From: Polyangia bacterium
Lineage (GTDB): Bacteria > Myxococcota_A > Polyangia > JAAYKL01
Assembly (NCBI GenBank): GCA_050304755.1
Contig: JBNLED010000252.1
Span: forward strand, 2,210-66,209
Direction of reading: 5' to 3'
DNA: 64,000 nt
The translations under genes were made by a program, and so were the position numbers. Under the pieces are notes generated by a model, which did no database searches, was not told the DNA's origin, and saw only the letters and a program-made list of their open reading frames with translations. This document shows positions 1 through 7,930 of this stretch, piece after piece (within the stretch, counting starts at the first letter, position 1; every line of letters starts with the position of its first letter).

Positions 1-942
1 ATGGGGTTGTTGCTCTTGGTCGAAAATCCGACCTGGGGATGGAGCCATGCCACACAAACGGATGCATTCTGGTCCAACCTGGCCGAGACTTTCAAAGAAA
101 TGGTTGTGCAGGGAAACAACCATCCAAGTATCATCGGCTACGGTTATTTCAATGAACCTTATGCGGATTTCAGTTCTCACTATGCTGCGATGAAGGAGAT
201 CGGTGATGCGATCAATCCGATGCTTCCCAAATATGTCACCAGTAACGGTGTTCATGACTATAACATGCAATCCATCGATTTTTACGGGAATCAGTACAGT
301 GATTATCCGCAGGATGTTCCTTCCCTGTGCACGGAATATCTCGGTTTCAGCAGTGCCTCAAGAGGTGACCGGCCCGCCGAAGAGCAGTATACCACCGATG
401 CGTTGGGACAGTTTCAGAGCCTCATGAATGATACTCGGAATGCGGGTGCGATTTTGTGGACCTTCAGAGACTATTGGGGGTTTGGTGATGGGGGAGGGCG
501 GAATACACTACACGATTCCAAGCTCGGCATCGTTGATCAGTACTTCATTCCCAAACGCCCCTATTACGCGTTTCGTGAAGCTGTGCTGTCGCAATCGGAT
601 GCGGATAACCCGGAACAGGGCACCGCGTCTAAAGTTAGCCTTGAGCCGGACCTGACTTCTCTGCGGGCGGACGGGGCCGACATCTCGCGCATTGTTGTCG
701 CGATTAGAGACAACGACGGCAGATGCATTGACTCAGATACGTCGGTTACCTTGTCGCTAACCGGAAGCTCCTGCACCCTGTTCGGACCGACAACGATAAG
801 CACAGTAGGGGGAAAAGCGGGGTTTGTCATCCGGTCAACGGAGGGTCTCGGTACCACCACGATTTCCGCCGCCGCGGACGGGCTGGAAGGAAGCAGTGTG
901 GAGATGACGACGTATAGGGTGAATGATCCGGCCGGTCGGTAG
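1..942 (+). CDS. Glycoside hydrolase family 2, C-terminal part (5' end outside window)
   Basis: NHPSIIGYGYFNEP acid/base motif, TEY nucleophile region, GAILWTFRDY, LGIVDQYFIPK, and a C-terminal Ig-like domain (LRADGADISRIVVAIRDNDG) typical of GH2. Confidence 0.85.
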   Translation: MGLLLLVENPTWGWSHATQTDAFWSNLAETFKEMVVQGNNHPSIIGYGYFNEPYADFSSHYAAMKEIGDAINPMLPKYVTSNGVHDYNMQSIDFYGNQYSDYPQDVPSLCTEYLGFSSASRGDRPAEEQYTTDALGQFQSLMNDTRNAGAILWTFRDYWGFGDGGGRNTLHDSKLGIVDQYFIPKRPYYAFREAVLSQSDADNPEQGTASKVSLEPDLTSLRADGADISRIVVAIRDNDGRCIDSDTSVTLSLTGSSCTLFGPTTISTVGGKAGFVIRSTEGLGTTTISAAADGLEGSSVEMTTYRVNDPAGR

Positions 943-944
943 AA

Positions 945-1134
945 CCTTGAAATCCCAATAAATCGACGGCCCAAACCGCTGTCGCTCGCGTCAATGCACG
1001 CCATCAGCGCCCGTACTCGCCTTTGCCATCACTCATGAACAGTCCAGTTCAGCTCCTGATGTCAAAGGCTCCGTTCGGCCACTGCTGACGCACCTTGACG
1101 CGTTTTCGCTCACCGACCTATTGGGATTTCAAGG
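945..1134. mobile_element. 190-bp MITE, possibly IS1380-family derived
   Basis: Perfect 16-bp terminal inverted repeats: CCTTGAAATCCCAATA (945-960) and TATTGGGATTTCAAGG (1119-1134). Flanking 5-bp direct repeat TAGAA (940-944, 1135-1139). No transposase ORF. Confidence 0.8.
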
Positions 1135-1139
1135 TAGAA

Positions 1140-1735
1140 CAAATGAATAATCGCGTCATCGGTGAAGTTATTGGGGTCGTTATGGATGTGCCAATCCACG
1201 AACACGTAGATGCCCACATCGATGGCGTCGTCGATGAGAGCGGCGAGTGTCTCTTTGATATACTCGGGATGGGCCAGGTAATCCGCCCAGTACGCGCCGT
1301 CCTTGTAATCCTCCACGTACATGGCGGGGTGAATCACGTCGATGCCGAGCTGATAGGCCAGGTTTGGAATCGTGTACTCCGGGTGGGGGGAACCAGTGAA
1401 TGCCGTGAGTGCTCACACCCCTCAGCAGAATCGGCGCCCCGTCTTCGTCACTGAGATGGGTTCCGATGACCTGGAGGTGTGCGTGCTCATTCACTACCGA
1501 GGTGTATCCGTCGGGCCTGACCGGTTTGGGACCGAAACCCGGACGCCACAGCGGTTCGGTTGGCCGGGTGGCGGAGTAGAGGTAGAGGTAATCGAGATTG
1601 ACGTCGCCGTTCACGTACACCCTCAGTGTGTGCTCGCCGGCCGTTATCGAGATATCATCGAGGGGCAAATCCTGCCATGCCTGCCACGCGCACGCGCCGG
1701 TGTCTGGAATACCCTCCCAACCGGTGGTCTCCTGC
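1140..1735 (-). pseudogene. Fragment of a CBM6/CBM35 + GH5 endoglucanase-like gene, frameshifted and truncated at both ends
   Basis: AGEHTLRVYVNGDVNLDYL (CBM-like), then LQVIGTHLSDEDGAPILLRGVSTHGIHWF. After a frameshift near the G-run at 1385-1390 it reads IDVIHPAMYVE...GIYVFVDWHIHNDP (GH5_2-like). It ends before the catalytic NEP motif. Confidence 0.75.
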
Positions 1736-1740
1736 CCATC

Positions 1741-1863
1741 TTGCGGAACGAGGCGTTTTGGTACGCCTACGCGCCCCTCGAATCTCAGACGGTGTACCGG
1801 GTGACCATTCAGGGCACTTATGTCGGGGGCCTCGATCTGTCGTGGACGTTCACCACGGAGTAA
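1741..1863 (+). pseudogene. Orphan 3' fragment of an Ig-like domain gene
   Basis: PLESQTVYRVTIQGTYVGGLDLSWTFTTE* resembles the end of bacterial Ig-like domains; no plausible 5' part is present. Confidence 0.45.
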
Positions 1864-2172
1864 TTTCAAGACAGACGGGCCAAGCCCCATCCCACCGCCC
1901 CTCAAAGTCATAGGTCCTGGAGATCCTGAAATATTCTAACGTGCTTCGTTTGTCCGTTGGATTATTACAGGTTTACAAGAAATAAGAAACCGCAAGAACC
2001 GAGAAACCGCAAGAACCGACGATACTTCCCTTTGTGGGGAAAACGACGTGATATAGATGAGAACTGGGGGTCTCGGGATTCCTGTTTCTTTCTTTCGCCG
2101 GTAGACACAAAAAACCGAGAAGGTTTCAGTGGGGTTAAGCAAATAGTGAACAACTATGCGGAAGGAAATAAG

Positions 2173-3639
2173 ATGACTAAGAAGGCTATTCACAGTGTTG
2201 TGTCTGTCCTGGTGGTTATAAATGTCTCTCTATTGGCGCCCATTTCAGAAGCCGAGTCCGGTGCTGAGTTGTATCGTACCGAAGCCCATCGCTACGGTAA
2301 ATTTGAAGCCAGGTTGCGATTCGCTCCAGGAAACGGCGTTGTCTCGACATACTTCCTGTGGAAGGTCGATTCAGAGTTGTCGGATGTCTATTGGAATGAG
2401 CTGGATATGGAGAAGATTACAGACAACTGTAACGGATACTGGGCCAATGCCATCTACGGGTTACCGGAATCCAACCACGGCTTCAACATCACTGCGCCCG
2501 ACAACCTATGCGATAACTTTCACGTCCATGCATATGAATGGACGCCGGACAGAGCCATCTGGCTACTGGACGGCAATCCGGTTCGAGAAGGTACCGGAGA
2601 GGAGATCGCCGCATTTGCCGACAACGCTCCAGACGGCATGCAATTTCGTTTCAACCTTTGGGTGGGAAATCAGGACTTTGGTGGTAATCTCGACCCGTCT
2701 ATCCTGCCGGTTCACCAGATTATCGACTGGGTTCAATTCTCGGAATACACACCGGGCGCGGGAGACAATGGGACGGATTTTACCTTTCTTTGGAAAGAGA
2801 ATTTCAATGGCTCCGAGTTGCCCTCGGGGTGGGCGACCGGAGATTGGGATTCAGCGTACGGACTCTCCAAATTCTCTCCCGACAATGTAAACCTCCAAGA
2901 AGGATGTGTGATTTTGTCTCTCACCGCAACGGGAAGTGAGGGGTATAATGACATCGACATAGATACGGATGGGGATACCGATACGGATACGGATGCGGAC
3001 ACCGACGCGGATACGGATGCGGACACCGACGCGGATACGGATACGGATGCGGACACTGACGCGGATACGGATGTGGACACCGACGCGGATACGGATGTGG
3101 ACACGGATGCGGACACAGATGCGGACGCGGACACAGATGCAGATGCGGATACGGACACGGACGCAGATGCGGACACGGACACGGACACGGACGCAGATAC
3201 TGATTCCGACACCGACGTTGATTCCGACTCTGATGTTGATTCCGACACTGATGCTGATTCCGACACTGATGCTGATTCCGACACTGATGCTGATTCCGAC
3301 ACTGACGTTGATTCCGATACTGACGCCGATTCCGATACTGACGCCGATTCCGACGCTGACGCGGATTCCGACGCTGACGCGGATTCCGACGCTGACGCGG
3401 ATTCCGATGCTGACGCGGATTCCGATGCTGACGCCGATTCCGACGCTGACGCCGATTCCGACGCTGACGCCGATTCTGATGCTGACGCCGATTCCGACGC
3501 TGACGCGGATTCAGATGACGGCACCGTGATTGATGGAGGGGTGGGGGCAGACGATGAAGGAGGATGCGGGTGTTCGGCGGTGGGAATCGATACCCGTAAT
3601 GGATCGGTCTTCAGAGAGCTGCTGAAATTGCTTTTCTGA
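2173..3639 (+). CDS. Secreted GH16 beta-glucanase-like protein with Asp-rich repeat stalk and MYXO-CTERM-like tail
   Basis: Signal peptide; YGKFEARLR and WNELDME (ExDxE) GH16 motifs; [11 protein letters not shown]; long DT/DA/DS repeat; C-terminal GGCGCS...LLKLLF; RBS-like GAAGGA upstream of ATG 2173. Confidence 0.85.
   Translation: MTKKAIHSVVSVLVVINVSLLAPISEAESGAELYRTEAHRYGKFEARLRFAPGNGVVSTYFLWKVDSELSDVYWNELDMEKITDNCNGYWANAIYGLPESNHGFNITAPDNLCDNFHVHAYEWTPDRAIWLLDGNPVREGTGEEIAAFADNAPDGMQFRFNLWVGNQDFGGNLDPSILPVHQIIDWVQFSEYTPGAGDNGTDFTFLWKENFNGSELPSGWATGDWDSAYGLSKFSPDNVNLQEGCVILSLTATGSEGYNDIDIDTDGDTDTDTDADTDADTDADTDADTDTDADTDADTDVDTDADTDVDTDADTDADADTDADADTDTDADADTDTDTDADTDSDTDVDSDSDVDSDTDADSDTDADSDTDADSDTDVDSDTDADSDTDADSDADADSDADADSDADADSDADADSDADADSDADADSDADADSDADADSDADADSDDGTVIDGGVGADDEGGCGCSAVGIDTRNGSVFRELLKLLF
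2960..3515 (+). repeat. Coding low-complexity tandem repeat encoding (D-T/A/S)n, with 6/18-bp periodicity
   Basis: Units such as GCCGATTCCGACGCTGAC and GCGGATACGGAT repeated in tandem. Confidence 0.9.
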
Positions 3640-3962
3640 CAGGCCGCGTTGTCTTGCGGTCGAGGTGGATGCCATGGGGGTTCAGGTTCGCTTGGGCCAC
3701 ATCGAAGGAAGTGCTCTCGGTGACCTGACGAGCGACAGCTGCCTGGAGTGCAGAAGTGGCTCCGACATGGCGCAACTCCTAAAACCTTCATATTTGTCGT
3801 TAGTTATAGCTGAAACGAGGCCGTTTGAGCCTCGAGCGCCGTACAGCCTCCGCGTCCGGTAACGGTTCTCGAAACGGCAAAACTATGAGATGATAAGGCG
3901 GATTCCCAATGCGGCGCGATCCGAAACGGCGGCGCGGGATCGGGGAATCCGGCGAGGATTTG

Positions 3963-4493
3963 ATGAGTGACAAGAAGAGACCTGTCACCGACGCGAAAGC
4001 GCCGGGATATCCGTTGTTCGGGGAATTCGTCGTCGACAGACGGTCCTTCATGAACACCTCGGTCATCGGCGCGGGCGCCATCCTGAGCGGATGTGACGTG
4101 CTCGATTCCCTCTTCGGACAAAGAAGAACCCTAGGGGAGCCCATGCCGGTGGTCAAACCGGGAGCATCGGCGACCGCGCCGCCTGCCGAAGGCGTCCGTC
4201 CCGCGCCTCCCGCTGAGAGCGAGCGTCCCGCGTCAGACGGCAACGATGCGGTCGAGGCGGGCGGTGGGGAGGGCGCCGACACCCCGGTGAGAAACGATCC
4301 GCCGCCGGACACCGATACGTCGGACAACGGTTCCCCGGGGCGTCCCGTAGACGACGATCGCCGCTTCCGGCTTAAGGGCAGACGCCGCGCCCCGCAGCCC
4401 CCGAAACCCGCCCCGAGGATCCCCGGGGGGAAGCGGCCCCCGGCGCCACCGCCGCCCGAGCTCCCGAAGCCGCCGGGGGATACAGAAAAGTAG
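3963..4493 (+). CDS. Pro-rich lipoprotein-like protein, putative radical SAM substrate
   Basis: N-terminal PVTDAKAPGYP, DRRSF twin-arginine-like motif, lipobox LSGC, disordered Pro/Asp-rich body; stop codon 3 bp before the rSAM ATG. Confidence 0.7.
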   Translation: MSDKKRPVTDAKAPGYPLFGEFVVDRRSFMNTSVIGAGAILSGCDVLDSLFGQRRTLGEPMPVVKPGASATAPPAEGVRPAPPAESERPASDGNDAVEAGGGEGADTPVRNDPPPDTDTSDNGSPGRPVDDDRRFRLKGRRRAPQPPKPAPRIPGGKRPPAPPPPELPKPPGDTEK

Positions 4494-4496
4494 GCG

Positions 4497-5579
4497 ATGG
4501 ATCTCACGCTCTTTCTGACCCATCGATGCAACCTGGCGTGTACGTACTGCTACGGCGGTTCGAAGTTCGATCGGACCATGGATCATTCACTCATTCAGAA
4601 GGGGGTGGATTTCGCCTTCTCATCGGGCCATGTGAGGATCTCGTTCTTCGGGGGGGAGCCATTCCTGGCGTTCGAGAAGATGCGGTTCGCGGTCGAGTAT
4701 GCCAATCGCATATCAGCACAGCGGGGGATCCCCATCGACTATTCCGTGACCACCAACGGCACCCTCTGGAACGACGAGATCGCCGCGTTTCTGAAAGAGA
4801 ACCGGTTCCATCTGGCCGTCAGCATCGACGGCGTAAAGGCGTCGCACGATATCACGCGCCCCCGGAAGGACGGCACCTCCGCCTATCCGATCGTTCAGGA
4901 GACCCTGCGACGGGCGGTGTCGACCCTGCCGTCGGTGGAGACCATTTCGGTCATCGATCCGGACAACGTCTCCCGGCTGTCCCAGGGCTTCCTGGCGCTG
5001 CTCTCGACCGGCGTCGGGCGCCTCAGCTTCAATATCAACACCCGCGCCGACTGGAGTGATCCGGCGCTCGAACGGCTGGCGAGCGCGCTCGGCGAGCTGT
5101 CGGCGGAATACGTGGATCAGTATCGATGCGGGACGCGGTTCGCCCTTGATATCATCGATCATAAGATCATCACCCACCTCAAGGGCGGGTATGCCGGGTG
5201 CGACCGATGCCGGTTCGGGGAGGGCGAGCTCTGCCTCACCCCGAAGGGAAACCTCTATCCCTGCGAGCGGGTCGTGGGGGAGGACGACACCGCCGAACTC
5301 GTCATCGGGCACATCGACACCGGCGTCGATCGCTCGAAGGTCGCGCGGCTGGTCTCCGCCAAGGACCGCCTGGAAGACGAGTGCCGGGCGTGCCGGTACC
5401 GCCACCGCTGCATGCACTGGTGCGGCTGCGTCAACTTCGAGACCACCGGTCGCGTCGGGAGCACCTCCGCCGCGGTGTGCCGGACCGAGCAGCTGATCAT
5501 CGAGGCGGCGGACCGGGCCGCCGAGCGGTTGTTCAAAGAGCGGAACCCGCTGTTCCTGAGCCGGTTCTATCTGCCCTGA
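4497..5579 (+). CDS. Radical SAM/SPASM-domain enzyme (anSME/peptide maturase-like)
   Basis: CNLACTYC (CxxxCxxC), FFGGEP, TTNGTL, SIDG; SPASM cysteines CDRC...YPC and CRACRYRHRCMHWCGC...C. Confidence 0.9.
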   Translation: MDLTLFLTHRCNLACTYCYGGSKFDRTMDHSLIQKGVDFAFSSGHVRISFFGGEPFLAFEKMRFAVEYANRISAQRGIPIDYSVTTNGTLWNDEIAAFLKENRFHLAVSIDGVKASHDITRPRKDGTSAYPIVQETLRRAVSTLPSVETISVIDPDNVSRLSQGFLALLSTGVGRLSFNINTRADWSDPALERLASALGELSAEYVDQYRCGTRFALDIIDHKIITHLKGGYAGCDRCRFGEGELCLTPKGNLYPCERVVGEDDTAELVIGHIDTGVDRSKVARLVSAKDRLEDECRACRYRHRCMHWCGCVNFETTGRVGSTSAAVCRTEQLIIEAADRAAERLFKERNPLFLSRFYLP

Positions 5580-5754
5580 GTCGGGCGGGGGAGAAAGAAG
5601 GGCGCGTCGCGACACCCTCCCTCGGGAGTTGCCCCGCTCCCCTCCCGCCGATATAGTGCCCGGAGTGATAGGAATCCATCGTACCGCTGATCTCGAGGGC
5701 GCCGCCCGCTGCGGAGGCACGGAGACACTCGGCCGGCCGAGACCCGGACGGGCG

Positions 5755-7617
5755 ATGACGCGGCTGCGGCTATCGTTCTCGATCCTCCTGGCCGCCTCCG
5801 GCTGTTACCGCTCCGCCTCGCCGGGGGAGGGCGACACCGCGAGCCTTTCGGGGTGCGACGGGTGCGATGAGAACGCGCGGTGCGAAGAGACTTCCGAGGG
5901 GGCGATCTGCGAGTGTCTGCCCGGCTGGAGCGGAGACGGCCGCGCCTGCGAGGATATCGACGAGTGCGCCGCCGGCGCGTCCCCGTGTGACCCGGACCGC
6001 CCCTGCACCAACACTCCCGGCGGCTACACCTGCGGCTGCCCTCCGGGGTGGGCGTTGAGCGACGACGGGACCGCCTGCCTCGACGCCTTCTGGGCCCTGC
6101 AGATCACGGCCGGGCGCGAGTTCTCCTGCGGGGTGCAGCGGGACGGCGCGATCCGGTGCTGGGGGGACAACCTGAGCGGCCAGTCCGCGGCGCCCCCCGG
6201 AACGTTCCGCCAGGCGGATGCCGGCTCTGAGCACGCCTGCGGCGTGCGGACGGACGGGACGGCGGTCTGCTGGGGGAGAGACAGCTTCGGTGAATCCACG
6301 CCGCCCGACGGCCGCTTCCGACAGGTCGCCGCCGGGATGCGCCACACCTGCGGCCTCCGGGAAGACGGGGCGGTGGCGTGCTGGGGCGACGACGAGTACG
6401 GCCAGTCGTCACCGCCGGACGGCGCGTTTACCCAAATCACCGCCGGCGCGCAGTCCACCTGCGCGGTCTCGGCGGACGCCGAGGTCGTGTGTTGGGGCGA
6501 CGACCGCTTTGGACAAGCCACGCCCGTCGGGTTCCGCCAGGTGGACGCCGGCTTCAACCACACCTGCGGCGTGCGGACGGACGGCGCGGTGGTGTGCTGG
6601 GGGAGCAACTACTATGGGAAGTCCACGCCCCCTGACGGCCCGTTTGTCCAGGTGGCGGCCGGCACGGACCACACCTGCGGGGTGCGGCCGGACGGCGCCG
6701 TGACGTGCTGGGGCGACGACGCATGGGGCCAGTCCACTTCCCCCGACGGTCGCTTCCTCGAGGTGGCCGCCGGGAGCTGGCACACCTGCGGGGTGAGGGA
6801 CGATCGCACGGTCGTCTGCTGGGGAGACCCCCGCAGGGGGCGGTGTACGCCCCCCTCCGGATCGTACCGCCAACTCTCCGTCAAGTACGGCCACCTGTGC
6901 GCGGTGAGGACGGATGATACGGTCCTTTGCACGGGAGATGATCATTTCGGACAATCCTCCCCCCCGGCCGGTGCGTTCGGGCAGGTGGCGGCGGGCAATC
7001 TCTTCAGCTGCGGCGTGAAGCGGGACGGCGCCGTGGCCTGCTGGGGGGATGACTCGCAGGGCCAGTCCGCGACCCCCGGCGGCGCCTTCCGCCGGGTCTC
7101 CGCCGGCGCGGCGCACGCCTGCGGGGTGAGAGAGGACGGGGCGATGGTCTGCTGGGGGTACGACTACTACGGTCAGTCCACCCCGCCCACCGGCGCGTTT
7201 CTCGAGGTCTCCGCCGGCAACGTTCACACCTGCGCGGTGCGCGCGAACGGGATGACGGCCTGTTTCGGCGGGGACCTCTATGGGGAGTCCGCGCCGCCGG
7301 CGGGCGTGTTCGAGACGGTGTCCGCCGGTTTCAGTCACTCTTGCGGGATACACGCGGACGGAACGCTCGCGTGTTGGGGGAAGGATGACCAGGGGCAGTC
7401 CACGCCGCCGGACGGAACCTTCGTCGACATCTCCGCCGGAACGAGTCACACCTGCGGAATCCGCGCGGACGCGACGGTCGCCTGCTTCGGGGATAACGCG
7501 TGGGGGCAGTCCACGCCGCCGGACGGCGCCTTCCTCCATATCTCCGCTGGTTCGAACGAAACCTGCGGGGTGAGGGCGGACGCGACCCTCGCCTGCTGGG
7601 GGGGCATCGTCCGGTGA
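5755..7617 (+). CDS. Lipoprotein with EGF-like domains and RCC1/BLIP-II beta-propeller repeats
   Basis: Lipobox ASGC; CECLPGWSGDGRACEDIDEC and CTNTPGGYTCGC (Ca-binding EGF-like); about 14 repeats of AGxxHTCGVRxDGxxxCWG. Confidence 0.85.
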   Translation: MTRLRLSFSILLAASGCYRSASPGEGDTASLSGCDGCDENARCEETSEGAICECLPGWSGDGRACEDIDECAAGASPCDPDRPCTNTPGGYTCGCPPGWALSDDGTACLDAFWALQITAGREFSCGVQRDGAIRCWGDNLSGQSAAPPGTFRQADAGSEHACGVRTDGTAVCWGRDSFGESTPPDGRFRQVAAGMRHTCGLREDGAVACWGDDEYGQSSPPDGAFTQITAGAQSTCAVSADAEVVCWGDDRFGQATPVGFRQVDAGFNHTCGVRTDGAVVCWGSNYYGKSTPPDGPFVQVAAGTDHTCGVRPDGAVTCWGDDAWGQSTSPDGRFLEVAAGSWHTCGVRDDRTVVCWGDPRRGRCTPPSGSYRQLSVKYGHLCAVRTDDTVLCTGDDHFGQSSPPAGAFGQVAAGNLFSCGVKRDGAVACWGDDSQGQSATPGGAFRRVSAGAAHACGVREDGAMVCWGYDYYGQSTPPTGAFLEVSAGNVHTCAVRANGMTACFGGDLYGESAPPAGVFETVSAGFSHSCGIHADGTLACWGKDDQGQSTPPDGTFVDISAGTSHTCGIRADATVACFGDNAWGQSTPPDGAFLHISAGSNETCGVRADATLACWGGIVR

Positions 7618-7669
7618 CGGGCACCGGACACCGAGAGACGGCCGCGACCTGTCCGAGCCGACGGCGGCG

Positions 7670-7861
7670 TCAGGCGCAATCCCGGTCTCCGCCGACGGCG
7701 TGGTAGGTGAAGCTGTCCGGCCCGGTGTAGTCGTCGTCAGGCGTGTAGATGATTTCGGGTATCGCGGTCGTGTCGAGGGAGCCGAACTCGGGGAGCGCGT
7801 CCACCCGAAACGCGCTCGTCGACGCTCCCACGGCCGTGCGTCCCTGCAGCGTGACAGCCAC
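7670..7861 (-). pseudogene. Isolated Ig-like/cadherin-like domain, probably a remnant
   Basis: IYTPDDDYTGPDSFTY motif of bacterial Ig-like repeats; 63 aa with no signal peptide. Confidence 0.5.
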
Positions 7862-7930
7862 CGGCGCTCCGCTCCCGAGACGTAATGGTGTCGTTTCCTG
7901 CGATGGGCCTATCGACCCCCGGTTGACACC

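Noticed and set aside
3200-3515. Possible CRISPR array or non-coding tandem repeat
   Set aside because: In-frame 18-bp coding repeat with no unique spacers and no cas genes
2733-3791. Serine-rich repeat ORF (SASESA)n on the minus strand, and the similar ORF at 10119-10787 on the plus strand
   Set aside because: Antisense shadows of the Asp-rich repeats in the GH16 and GH31 genes
6100-7617. Roughly 111-bp periodic repeats
   Set aside because: Explained by RCC1-like protein repeats
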